Assembly (NCBI GenBank): GCA_024278835.1
Contig: JAJRSK010000053.1
Span: 21,658-85,657 of the forward strand
DNA from: Campylobacterales bacterium
Lineage (GTDB): Bacteria > Campylobacterota > Campylobacteria > Campylobacterales > QNZT01
Length of the DNA: 64,000 nucleotides
Reading direction: 5' to 3'
Of the stretch, positions 41,634 to 51,807 are shown piece by piece. The first letter of the stretch is position 1, and each line of letters starts with the position of its first letter. Made by a program: the position numbers and the translations under genes. The notes beneath the pieces were generated by a model. It was not told the DNA's origin and ran no database searches. It worked only from the letters and a program-made list of their open reading frames with translations.

Positions 41634-42179
41634 TTAATAAAGCCCGAATTTATTATCTTTTCTTTTGTAAAGTACGCGTGTTTTATCATCCTTATCGTTA
41701 AAAATCAAAAATTGCTGATTGGTATCTTTTATCATCTCTAACGCTTCTTCGATATCAAGTGGCTTATACAAATCAAGTTCCATAGGGATGATTTCATCTG
41801 TATCTGCTTCGATATTGTCTTCGATATCTTCTGGCTCTAAAAAGTTGAGATTCCCAAAGTCTGTAATCTTCGTGACTCTATGACCTACCTCTTTATCATG
41901 ATAGCGTCTAAGTACCTTCATCGCACGGTCTGTTGCTAAGTCTATCGCAGCATATAAATCTTTATCTTTTTGCTTGATAACTACGGCTGTTTTTTGTGGT
42001 AAGTTTAGATTTAAATCTACCGTAAAACCCTTTTTCCCGTTTCTCTCATCCGCGGCAACAACTACCCTTGTTGAGATGATATCAAGATTAAATTTCTTTA
42101 AACTATCCACTGAATGTTCTATATGCGTTCTTATCGCATCTGTCATATCTAGCTGTCTTGCAGCAACACTTAAGTTCAT
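41634..42179 (-). CDS. raiA: Ribosome hibernation factor (long HPF/RaiA)
   Basis: KDLYAAID...LRRYHDK, KPLDIEEA, VLYKRKDNKFGL; ATG 42179 follows AAAGGGG. Confidence 0.9.
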   Translation of the reverse strand: MNLSVAARQLDMTDAIRTHIEHSVDSLKKFNLDIISTRVVVAADERNGKKGFTVDLNLNLPQKTAVVIKQKDKDLYAAIDLATDRAMKVLRRYHDKEVGHRVTKITDFGNLNFLEPEDIEDNIEADTDEIIPMELDLYKPLDIEEALEMIKDTNQQFLIFNDKDDKTRVLYKRKDNKFGLY

Positions 42180-42252
42180 ATTTTCCCCTTTCAATATTGG
42201 AATAATATACCTTATCATGATACCTAAACTTATGTTTAATTTTTATTAAAAT

Positions 42253-42708
42253 TTAAGGTTTTTGCAGGGTTCTTCTATGAATGACGATAGGCTCCGTTAT
42301 CCCAGTCACATCTTGTCGTACAGAGACTCTCACATCTATCATGACAGTTAAGTTTGATTTATTTGTTTCGATATTGGTAGCCAATGTATGATTGGCATCA
42401 CAATTAACTACTGGTGTTGTTTTATCAAAGATATAATACATTGTTAAATTTGCCTCATGTGTTGGTGTACTTGCATCTGGGTAGGTGATATTGATATTTT
42501 CCACACAAGAGACATTATTCTCATGTCCTGAAATCGCCAAGAGTCCATACTCCACAGCAGAACGTGCGAGCAACTCTGCTTGCTCCTTATAAAAGATATC
42601 AGTCGTTTGCTTGACGGAGGTAGCAGAAAGTGATATCATCAAAGTCATCAGCGTTGATACTACTACAAGTATAATGATAGCCGTTATTAATCCAAACCCT
42701 CTTCTCAT
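42253..42708 (-). CDS. Pilin-like protein (MshP/PilX-like)
   Basis: RRGFGLITAIIILVVV class III-like signal; EQAELLARSAVE. Confidence 0.7.
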   Translation of the reverse strand: MRRGFGLITAIIILVVVSTLMTLMISLSATSVKQTTDIFYKEQAELLARSAVEYGLLAISGHENNVSCVENINITYPDASTPTHEANLTMYYIFDKTTPVVNCDANHTLATNIETNKSNLTVMIDVRVSVRQDVTGITEPIVIHRRTLQKP

Positions 42709-43655
42709 CAAAATATCGCCTTTTCTTTACAAAATCCCACCGGCTCACCCGTGATGTTTCCATCTTGGATACAGACTTTCACTCGAATAGTCTCTCCTAC
42801 TTGCATCACCCTAAAGGTACTGACATGCTCTGCCAATACCGAACTATTGCCATCACTATACTTTTCTCCATACCAAGGCTGATAATTATACTTTAATGTC
42901 AAATTAAAATCATCAGCGCTATTTCCTTCTGGTACAAGAGCATAAGCAGTCCATGCAAGGTAGTACTGCTCACATATATTGAGACTTGCATGTGCTGTAT
43001 CAAATGTTAAGACATCTGTCCCCGTACGAGAAACCGCCAAAGTATAGTTATGATCAGCAAGATTAGACACAGTGTAATCCCAGCCATAGAGAGAAAGATT
43101 AGAATCCCCTTTAGAACATTTAAAGATAAGAACAGGATGATTATTTGCTACTGTAAATCCTGCTTGATCATATGAAAGTGCTTTAATCGTTCTCTCGGCG
43201 ATATTCAAGTCTGAACCCGGTGTTTTTATCTGCGTATTATTGGTATTGGTATCATCATCCACATCGATAAATCCACTCCATCCAGGTTGTGAAAATCCAG
43301 TTGTCGTATTAAATTCCCCTAAAAAGCTCTCATAATCATAGCCTATCCACTCCACCATATCAAAACTAGAGGTATTGATATCTTCTGAATTCATCGCCAA
43401 AAAGTCATTGGTACCTTTTTTTCTCGCTATCATGGTATCTTTGATACGATACTGCAAGCGCTTGGCTATTTGATTGATAAGTGTCTCTGTTTTTTGCTCT
43501 AAATCATTGATGATTTTTGTCTGAATATAACCTTTATACATATGTGAGATGATATCCGTAGCAATCATTGACACGATACCTAACACGACGATAACCATCA
43601 CCAATTCTATCATGGTAAAAGCACGACGTTTGATACTCCTTGCTATTTTTTGCAT
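42708..43655 (-). CDS. Prepilin-type N-terminal protein (MshO-like)
   Basis: RRAFTMIELVMVIVVLGIV. Confidence 0.8.
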   Translation of the reverse strand: MQKIARSIKRRAFTMIELVMVIVVLGIVSMIATDIISHMYKGYIQTKIINDLEQKTETLINQIAKRLQYRIKDTMIARKKGTNDFLAMNSEDINTSSFDMVEWIGYDYESFLGEFNTTTGFSQPGWSGFIDVDDDTNTNNTQIKTPGSDLNIAERTIKALSYDQAGFTVANNHPVLIFKCSKGDSNLSLYGWDYTVSNLADHNYTLAVSRTGTDVLTFDTAHASLNICEQYYLAWTAYALVPEGNSADDFNLTLKYNYQPWYGEKYSDGNSSVLAEHVSTFRVMQVGETIRVKVCIQDGNITGEPVGFCKEKAIF

Positions 43656-44368
43656 TATTTCACCCTCTCATAAAGCTTAGATTGTCCGATGTTGGAGGAG
43701 AAGATTCTAAAAAGAAAAGGGAAATCTCTGTTGATACTTGTGGCATTGAGTTCTATCATCTTGATGTTGGTACTTTTCGTTGCTGTAAAATTGACTGCCG
43801 ATGAGACATTAAAATCAAAAGCGATAGTTTGCTTTGAATAATTGACATCATCTGAGATATAGCGCACACGCGTTGTGAAATTTAAATCTTTATCTAAATA
43901 GTCAAATTTTCCTTGTACTCCTGCCGCACCTGTGGCCGCCACGATAGCAGAGTCCCCATCAAAATCATCGATATCATCAAATTCATCTGCCACCTCTTGA
44001 CCAAGTGAAGCATTTACTTCAGTATCTGTCATCCGTCTTCTTCTATCCTCTTTGATATGTCCTTTTCTTCTATTTTTATCACCATAAGTGATACGATTCA
44101 AAGCACTAGCACCATCAGTCACATCCACAACCCGCACAACCGAACCATTGCTATCAGAAGCATTTTCATCCCACTTAAAGGAGAGGATATTTCCCATCTT
44201 GGTACGTGCTGCCAATATAGACTCTTGCATCAAAGAGAATTGGTTACTTTTTGCACTTTGACCCAGCATCAAAGGTACCGTCATCAGCGCGATGGCAATC
44301 ACAACGATAGAAAATACCAACTCTACTAGAGAAAACCCACTTCTTTTCACATCTTTCCTTTTTACCAA
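43655..44368 (-). CDS. Prepilin-type N-terminal protein (MshD-like)
   Basis: RSGFSLVELVFSIVVI; FDDIDDFDG motif. Confidence 0.8.
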   Translation of the reverse strand: MVKRKDVKRSGFSLVELVFSIVVIAIALMTVPLMLGQSAKSNQFSLMQESILAARTKMGNILSFKWDENASDSNGSVVRVVDVTDGASALNRITYGDKNRRKGHIKEDRRRRMTDTEVNASLGQEVADEFDDIDDFDGDSAIVAATGAAGVQGKFDYLDKDLNFTTRVRYISDDVNYSKQTIAFDFNVSSAVNFTATKSTNIKMIELNATSINRDFPFLFRIFSSNIGQSKLYERVK

Positions 44369-47300
44369 TCTATCTTGGTATTTTTCTTTTTAGAGATATT
44401 GCTATCTACTGTCATACCTATATCTCCTGTCCCTGCCCATGAACCAGTCGAAATAAAGCAGGCTTTAAAAGAGAGTTTATCAGCTTGTGCAGGGTTATGC
44501 TTATCATAGGCAAACCATGCATCTGGTCTCAAGCTAATGCGATCACAATACGGTCGCTTTGCACTAGAAGAGAGAGTTAAATCTACAGCAAACGATGAAG
44601 GAGCTGTCACAGTCAATCCCCCAGTGGTAGAGACAACACTACTTGCATCATAATCACCATATGTCGATTTATGATTCGCATTGAAGATATACCAATTGAC
44701 ATGATCTCTACTTTCATTAAGCCCCGTCATATTAAAAGCCCCTTTATCACAACCACCATCTTCATCACAGTAGACTTCATAAAATAGCCCTGCTCTAAAG
44801 TTTGAGGACTCAATACTCAAATAATCTGGTGCATAGAGCCTTGCATAATAGTATTTCGCCACACCCACATCATTTTCAAAGCCATCACCCTCTACGCCAT
44901 CTTCATCTTCCAGATAGATATAAAGACTACTGCTGTTTAAATCAAAAGGATTTACCGCTGTTGTTTTAGACCTAGCAAAATTTATTCCTAGTATAGGGAA
45001 AGCTTCTCCTGATGAAAAGTTTCCATCACCTGTTTTAAAGTGATTTGGAGCAAGTTGTTGTGTTCTCTCATCACTATATACTTGCATTGAAGGCATCGAA
45101 GTTGCAGGACCAAAAGTATAGTTGATATCCTTGGCATAACAGCCAGCTGTATAATTTGATGCTGTTGTGTCATCATCCAAAAGAGCAGTAATAGTCATAA
45201 ATGCTCGTGCACGCCTTGTACCTGCATCATCTAGATAGGTAAAGGTAGTGTTGTCATCATTTTGTAAATTTACCTCATTTTTAAAACGACTTGGCACAAA
45301 AGAGAATTTTTTAACTCCTTGTATATTACAACCATATTTTCCACCTACCAAAACATTGCTAACACTACCCATGATACAGTCACTCATAGTGCTATCTGTG
45401 CTATTTTGATCACTTAGTGTCCATAGCGTATCTACTAAAGAGACATTAATATCCCCGATATTGTGATAAGTGAATGTTGCGATGGAGGCATTACCATCTG
45501 CAAATGAGAAACTATTAGAATTAATCGTACCACTCTCAGGGGACAATCCACACCCAATAGGTCGTAATAATTCATAATTCATGCTATTTGGAGCAAAATT
45601 CTGATTATAGCTTGAAGCATTGGCTTCTAATGTGAGGTTATAATCTCTACCTCCTTTAAGTGTTGTCTCATTAGCATCCATCATGATAGTTTTTGGTCGG
45701 ATAGCAAAAACATCACTAGAACAAGAGGCTTTACTCACACTTCCAGAGAGATTAAAGACACAATTTCTACAAGTATCTATATCACTTGATGTCCCACACT
45801 CACTCTGACACGCTGTTACACGAGAAGCATCTAACATTGCCTTAAAATCACTCAAACTGTTAGGATTGATACCTGACCATGTCGCATAATCCTTATACTT
45901 ACTCACAGGATAGAGGATTCTAAGACCCAAATTCTTTCCACTATCATGATAGGCTAGTGTCTGCGTAATACGATCCATATCGCTAAAACTCACATAGTGA
46001 CTTGCTAGTGTGGCATAACTTTTACATATCCCTTCACTAACCTCTTCAGTCGCATCTTCAGGGATAGTGGCATTGACATCTGCCAAGTCCAGACGCACTA
46101 CTCCTCTATGCACTCTACTTGTACTAAAGTCACTCTCCAAGGAGACGATATCAACTTGAAAATCTGTATCTACTAACTGTGTATAGAGGTGATTTTCATT
46201 GCCACTATTATCACTTACTCCATCTGTCAGTCCACCTGCATGTGTGATGGAAAAGCCCTTTGGTTTTGCCTGAGATATATAAATACTTTGATTAAAATCA
46301 AAACACTTACTTATTGTTGTCTCTACCACGGCAGGCATATTCTCTATCTCATAAGAGATTTTATAGATATTTTGTGTGAGATTAGTATCAGGCATACCAT
46401 CTATGATACCGTTGTAACGGGAATAGACCTTATCGCCATGATCCATATTTCCACCCTTTACACTATCAGCACCCACACCTACGCGTGCGCTAAATAGTGT
46501 CTGTGGTGTGATATCTCCCTCTGCATTGGTACTATTTATCTCTGTACTTTCCCAGAGGTCATTATGGCTACTATAGCTAGCCTCTCCTACATTTTGTATC
46601 TCTACACTCTCATTAGTATCTTGGTAGATAACATCTACTTCTGTCTTTAAAACGACATTTCTTGCTGTCTCGTTTTCATCATTTTGTATAGAGACTTCAA
46701 AGCCAACTTTATCTCCTAGATAAAATTCTCTGTTGTTTGTTAATGGGCTATAATCCGCATTGGTCATCGTCTCAACATAACACATCTTTGGAAGATAAAG
46801 CTCTGTTGAAAAAGCAAACATCCCAAGATAAAATCTATCTCCCTCTGATGCAACAGTAATATCTGTTGTACTCTGTCCATTACCTATGATGCTACTCACA
46901 TCAAAGGTATCGATATCGATACCAGAAGTGTTGGTTAAGGCAGGTGTTCTTTGTGTATCAATCACACCATCATGAGATATAGTTCCATTAACGATATCAT
47001 CAATAGGATTGAGTGTATTGCTAAGTTTATGTGTCACATTGTTTTCATCTGTGATAGCGATACTATCTTTGAGTGTTAAATCTCCTTCTACACCAAAAAG
47101 GCTCAATTTTGAATTGACCGCACCACTATTTGGTGTCAAAAAACCACTCACTGTCTGTTTGACAAAATCTGGATATTGTTTTGCTTCTTCATATTCATCA
47201 TTTTTCCACACCGCTTGAAAGCCATCAAAAAGGGTGATATTTTTGAGTTTTCTTGTTTGGGTCTTATCTTGTACTACAACAACCAAACTCCAACCAGCAC

Positions 47301-50300
47301 TCAGATTATACCCCTGTGTCGTCTGTATATCCCCAACCCAATATACACCTTTTTTATGACTCTTCACATACTCAGTCACATCAGAAACGCCTTGATAACC
47401 AAATGTATCTGATCCCCATGTCACATCATTTTTCCAATTAAATTTTGTGATGTCACTCTCTACTTCTATATATAAAGATTCACTTTCATGACGTAAATAG
47501 ACATAGTTTGCTCTATCTATCTTACTACTATCTCCAGCATTTCTATCGATGATACCCATCCAGTAAAGTCCAGCCCATACTACTTCATCATTATCCGTGA
47601 TATCTAATGTGGCACTCGTAGAAGATTCATACGGACTACTAGCATCTAGATTGGCATACTCTTGATAGACCCAATCATTCACCGCATACTCAGGTTCTGT
47701 ACAAGTACCTGTACTGCCATTATCACATATAGCTTGATTTCCTATCGTAAAGACATCTCCAAAAATATTGGTGTTGAGATTTCCATTGATGAGCACTTGG
47801 GTAAACTCTCTTAAATTGTCTGCATTTTTATCAAATTGTAGTACTTGCGTACTCTCAGAAGCACTATTATCACTACTATCTACTTCATTGATTAGCGAAG
47901 ATGAGACACTTGCCTTGATACTAACGGTATCATTGATATCAGGAGCTGTTACATTGAGTTGAAAATTTGATGTACTATCGGATGCTAAGGAGTCAAGATG
48001 ACAATGTACCTGTATAGCACTCTGCGTACAGACCCACCCTACACCACTCACGCTATTGTAGGTAAAATTATCACTACTTGTTGTCTCTATGACCACTTCT
48101 ATATCATTTGCTGTGGCACTACTACCACTATTGCTTACAGATAGAAGATAGCTGTAATTCCCCGTCGCTGCAACAGGGTCTTTATCATCACTCACAGATA
48201 AGGATAAGTTGATATTTTCTACTTCTAAAATATCGACAGGTATAGATACCATCTTACCTGCGCTATTTTTATCGCTTACTACCTTCACATCTGTAATAGC
48301 ATAGTGTGCTAGCGTAGAACTTACATCTATCTTGATAGGCGTAGTCTCAGTTCCTAGACTTAGATTACTATCATATAAACATTCAACTACACTTGCACTA
48401 GAGCTACAAGTCCATCCACTCGCGTTAATATCCTCTAAAGAGAGATTATTATCAAGCGATAGGGTGACTTTTATATTACTTGCATCGATATTGCTTTGTA
48501 GACTTCCTGTATTATCATTTTTGACTTTTATTGTATAGGTAAAAGTCTCATTTGTATTGACAGGGTCTTTGCTCACCGTTGCTTGTGAAAAGATAAGTGC
48601 ATTGGTTTTTGCCAAAACCGTAGTGGTAACATTGGCTTCTCTCGTATAGGGGTCTAAATCTGTGCTAAGTTGGACATGGTTGGTGACATTGACTTCATAG
48701 TTTGGCGCTGTAACATGAAAGTATATATCCTTTCCTGTGCCTGTTAGTTGCTGTCCATTGGTATCACAAGATATTTCATGTGTTGAGCTATTATAGTCAC
48801 AACCCCATCCACCACTATCTATAGAGTTTAAAACCACGTCTACGGGTAAAGTATCATAGAGTGTCACACTATCTGTTGTCTTTTGTGAATTGTTGGTGAT
48901 AAAGAGTGAGTAGATAAACTCTTCCCCCTCATAGACAGGATTGGGTGCACTACTAAGATGTATCTTTATCGCCTCTGATGGGGAGAGTAGTGTCACATCT
49001 TTACTTGCACTCACACCTGAGCTATTACGAAGAGATGTCACTTTTGCTGTGTTGGTCACCACTTTATCGCTATTGATTGTACTTGGTGCTGTTACGCTGA
49101 CATTGATATCATCGGCACTTTGACCACTTGCAAGGCTATCTAAAAGACAGGTCACATCATTGCCACTAAGCGTACAATTCCATGCACCGGAGCTAATATT
49201 GGCATCGACAGTGAAATCGCTAGGTATTGTATCGGTAATAGTGAGATTATTCTCTTCACTCGCACCACTATTTGTTACTGAAAGTAGATAAGAGAATGTA
49301 TCATTTTCTAAGATTACATCTTGGGAAGAAGTTTTGTTTATCGTTAAATTGGAGCTATATGCCTCTATAATATCTATACTTTTTGAGGCATTTTTATCTG
49401 CTGTTTGGGCTGTTTTGAGTGTCGCTGTGTTGAGGATGCCTGACCCTAAAGTTGTTGCTTTCAGCGTTACCGCTATACTAGCACTCTCATTGACTGATAA
49501 GTTTCCATCATACGTACAGTCAACACTATTGGACACGACTGCCTGACAGGTCCATGAGGATGCACCAAAGGTATCAATTTTTTGAAATGTAAATTCACTA
49601 GGAAATGTATCAATGATATGCACACCATCTAAAGGTACATTGGAGGTATTGGTCACACTTAGTGTGTAAGTTGTGTTATCATCTATTGCGACAGCATTGT
49701 CGGGGTTGGTTTTAGTAAAGAGTATTGTATAACTGGGATTTACTATACTTATAGGAATGGTCGTAGAGTGATTGATACTTGTTCCTAGTGGTGTATCTGC
49801 TGTAACCGTGCCCGTATTATGATATGCATCAGCCTTAACAGCACCTGTTGCCTGCACCTTTATCAGTATGCCTTTATCAGCACCCTTCACTAAATCATTC
49901 ACTAGCCTACACTCAACATGCTGTCCAGAAGTAGCACCACAATCCCAGTCAGCAGGGATATCAGGTGTCACACTTAAAACAGTAAAGCTTGCATCTACAT
50001 CATCCACAATGGTGACATTACTCTCAGTGACTTTATTGTTTGTTGTCGTATTGCTTACTTTAATCATATAGTCAAAAGTATCGTTTTGTACTATACTACT
50101 GATAATACTACTATCTTTCAATGCCCATTTCACAGCAACTATCGTAGGATTAATCCCACGAACTAAAATCTGTTGCGTATCACTTTTATCGATGGTTCCT
50201 GCGGTATTATACGTGACATTTACATCACTCGCAATATCGATAGAAGTATCTGCCGCTAAAAAATCTGAAATATCTGTGAAATAAAGACTTTTTTTCCCAC

Positions 50301-50997
50301 CATTGGCAGCCAAAATACTATTGAGTGCACACGTCATTTTATTGAGATTTTGTGTACAGTTCCACTCATTACTATCTGAATAAAGATAATGATGCAAACC
50401 TACCCCTACAGTATCTGTGATAGTAACAGTCTTTGTATCTTCTGTACCGATATTTTCTACATCAATGCGGTAGGTAAACTCTTCTTTAGAATCAACACTA
50501 GCCACAAGACTTTTTGAAAATAGTATCTCATGAGATATGAGGGTTTTAGTAAAAGTATTATGTAGCTTAAAAAAACCTTTTGCCAAAAGTACCGAATCCG
50601 AAGAAGTAGCATTATTTTCTACTTTAAAAAAATAACTCTCTCCCGCATAAACACTTTGCGTGGTTTCTACTAGTCTGGGATTATCTTGATATTTAGTCGC
50701 CGTAGCGATAGGATTGCATGAGGCATCTAAAAAGTAGCCATAAGTATTAACAGTATTAACACCATCTTCTTCTGTACGAAGTTCTAGTGTACCATTCTCA
50801 ACAATGTTTATCTTATAGTAAAGTGACTCTCCCGAAGCAGCATCACCATCAATATAAGGTTGATCTATCTCTTGTTGATATGTAGTGCTATTTAATGTCA
50901 ATGTTGCTGTGGGCGCAGCACAAGAAGCCGCGGCATTCATCAAAGAAGGCAGATAGATGGACAATAAAAAAATAACTGATATAACGCTTTTTAACAT
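44362..50997 (-). CDS. 2211-aa secreted adhesin-like protein with DUF11-like Ig repeats and MshQ-like C-terminus
   Basis: Signal peptide; ~7 repeats of K..F.Y.L.VTN...V.ITDTLP...W.C....V.C...L; C-terminal YARLYAPDY and GSWAGTG...KIDW. Confidence 0.8.
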   Translation of the reverse strand: MLKSVISVIFLLSIYLPSLMNAAASCAAPTATLTLNSTTYQQEIDQPYIDGDAASGESLYYKINIVENGTLELRTEEDGVNTVNTYGYFLDASCNPIATATKYQDNPRLVETTQSVYAGESYFFKVENNATSSDSVLLAKGFFKLHNTFTKTLISHEILFSKSLVASVDSKEEFTYRIDVENIGTEDTKTVTITDTVGVGLHHYLYSDSNEWNCTQNLNKMTCALNSILAANGGKKSLYFTDISDFLAADTSIDIASDVNVTYNTAGTIDKSDTQQILVRGINPTIVAVKWALKDSSIISSIVQNDTFDYMIKVSNTTTNNKVTESNVTIVDDVDASFTVLSVTPDIPADWDCGATSGQHVECRLVNDLVKGADKGILIKVQATGAVKADAYHNTGTVTADTPLGTSINHSTTIPISIVNPSYTILFTKTNPDNAVAIDDNTTYTLSVTNTSNVPLDGVHIIDTFPSEFTFQKIDTFGASSWTCQAVVSNSVDCTYDGNLSVNESASIAVTLKATTLGSGILNTATLKTAQTADKNASKSIDIIEAYSSNLTINKTSSQDVILENDTFSYLLSVTNSGASEENNLTITDTIPSDFTVDANISSGAWNCTLSGNDVTCLLDSLASGQSADDINVSVTAPSTINSDKVVTNTAKVTSLRNSSGVSASKDVTLLSPSEAIKIHLSSAPNPVYEGEEFIYSLFITNNSQKTTDSVTLYDTLPVDVVLNSIDSGGWGCDYNSSTHEISCDTNGQQLTGTGKDIYFHVTAPNYEVNVTNHVQLSTDLDPYTREANVTTTVLAKTNALIFSQATVSKDPVNTNETFTYTIKVKNDNTGSLQSNIDASNIKVTLSLDNNLSLEDINASGWTCSSSASVVECLYDSNLSLGTETTPIKIDVSSTLAHYAITDVKVVSDKNSAGKMVSIPVDILEVENINLSLSVSDDKDPVAATGNYSYLLSVSNSGSSATANDIEVVIETTSSDNFTYNSVSGVGWVCTQSAIQVHCHLDSLASDSTSNFQLNVTAPDINDTVSIKASVSSSLINEVDSSDNSASESTQVLQFDKNADNLREFTQVLINGNLNTNIFGDVFTIGNQAICDNGSTGTCTEPEYAVNDWVYQEYANLDASSPYESSTSATLDITDNDEVVWAGLYWMGIIDRNAGDSSKIDRANYVYLRHESESLYIEVESDITKFNWKNDVTWGSDTFGYQGVSDVTEYVKSHKKGVYWVGDIQTTQGYNLSAGWSLVVVVQDKTQTRKLKNITLFDGFQAVWKNDEYEEAKQYPDFVKQTVSGFLTPNSGAVNSKLSLFGVEGDLTLKDSIAITDENNVTHKLSNTLNPIDDIVNGTISHDGVIDTQRTPALTNTSGIDIDTFDVSSIIGNGQSTTDITVASEGDRFYLGMFAFSTELYLPKMCYVETMTNADYSPLTNNREFYLGDKVGFEVSIQNDENETARNVVLKTEVDVIYQDTNESVEIQNVGEASYSSHNDLWESTEINSTNAEGDITPQTLFSARVGVGADSVKGGNMDHGDKVYSRYNGIIDGMPDTNLTQNIYKISYEIENMPAVVETTISKCFDFNQSIYISQAKPKGFSITHAGGLTDGVSDNSGNENHLYTQLVDTDFQVDIVSLESDFSTSRVHRGVVRLDLADVNATIPEDATEEVSEGICKSYATLASHYVSFSDMDRITQTLAYHDSGKNLGLRILYPVSKYKDYATWSGINPNSLSDFKAMLDASRVTACQSECGTSSDIDTCRNCVFNLSGSVSKASCSSDVFAIRPKTIMMDANETTLKGGRDYNLTLEANASSYNQNFAPNSMNYELLRPIGCGLSPESGTINSNSFSFADGNASIATFTYHNIGDINVSLVDTLWTLSDQNSTDSTMSDCIMGSVSNVLVGGKYGCNIQGVKKFSFVPSRFKNEVNLQNDDNTTFTYLDDAGTRRARAFMTITALLDDDTTASNYTAGCYAKDINYTFGPATSMPSMQVYSDERTQQLAPNHFKTGDGNFSSGEAFPILGINFARSKTTAVNPFDLNSSSLYIYLEDEDGVEGDGFENDVGVAKYYYARLYAPDYLSIESSNFRAGLFYEVYCDEDGGCDKGAFNMTGLNESRDHVNWYIFNANHKSTYGDYDASSVVSTTGGLTVTAPSSFAVDLTLSSSAKRPYCDRISLRPDAWFAYDKHNPAQADKLSFKACFISTGSWAGTGDIGMTVDSNISKKKNTKIDW

Positions 50998-51026
50998 AGT
51001 GCTAAACTCTCTTTGGATTTTCTATA

Positions 51027-51292
51027 GGGCACCTCTAAAAATCCTAGTCATTCATAATGGGCTTTAAAAGTGTGAGATTTTGCAAGAGATTTGTGAAAAC
51101 CTAGCCGTAGCTAAGTTGAACAAATATCTTGTGAAAGATTGCACTTTTAAAGCCCACCCTGTGGGCATCACAGATAAGTCCTTGTGCTTGTTTACTTACT
51201 TTTGAATTAGCTAAGGCTAGTCCTGCAAGTAAGTGCCTCGCACAAAAACTTATCTGTGATGTTATGAACGACTAGGGTTTTTAGAGGTGCCC
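51027..51292. mobile_element. 266-bp MITE-like element with ~31-bp terminal inverted repeats and two internal hairpins
   Basis: Left end GGGCACCTCTAAAAATCCTAGTCATTCATAA matches the reverse complement of the right end with 2 mismatches; flanked by TA(TA) on both sides; no long ORF. Confidence 0.75.
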
Positions 51293-51348
51293 TATACATA
51301 TATCGTCCAAAAAGAGAATAAGTACACTATTTTTAGTAAAAAATTAAA

Positions 51349-51807
51349 TTATTTTATTTTATTTGTCTTTTTTAGCACTGCTGGGTTGATGGCAATGAGA
51401 TTGATAATACTCTCCCCTTGTGGTGTGACTTGTCTGTAAGTTTTAAACACACCTTTAATGACTCTTGCTTTTTTATCTAAGATAAACTCTTTTCTACTAT
51501 CTTCGCGCAAACGGATGATATATCTAATCTTCTTATCTACATTTTCTGGATCTTGTGCATGAAAAAGAACATTGGGGCTATGCTTCATACTTTCCTCTAT
51601 CTCTTTAAGCATCTTGTCATCTATCATGATAGAGAGTGTGACAAACTTTTTATCATGCGAGTAGAGAAACTTATTAAGTGATGCTATTTTTTCACTTGAA
51701 GTTAGTGCTCCCTCATGCGCATCAAACTCCTTATCCAACATAAACTGATAAACAAACACTATCATGATAAGCGCTATAGCTATCCATAAGAGTATCTTTT
51801 TAATCAT
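51349..51807 (-). CDS. Hypothetical membrane-anchored protein
   Basis: N-terminal TM helix; translationally coupled to the permease. Confidence 0.7.
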   Translation of the reverse strand: MIKKILLWIAIALIMIVFVYQFMLDKEFDAHEGALTSSEKIASLNKFLYSHDKKFVTLSIMIDDKMLKEIEESMKHSPNVLFHAQDPENVDKKIRYIIRLREDSRKEFILDKKARVIKGVFKTYRQVTPQGESIINLIAINPAVLKKTNKIK

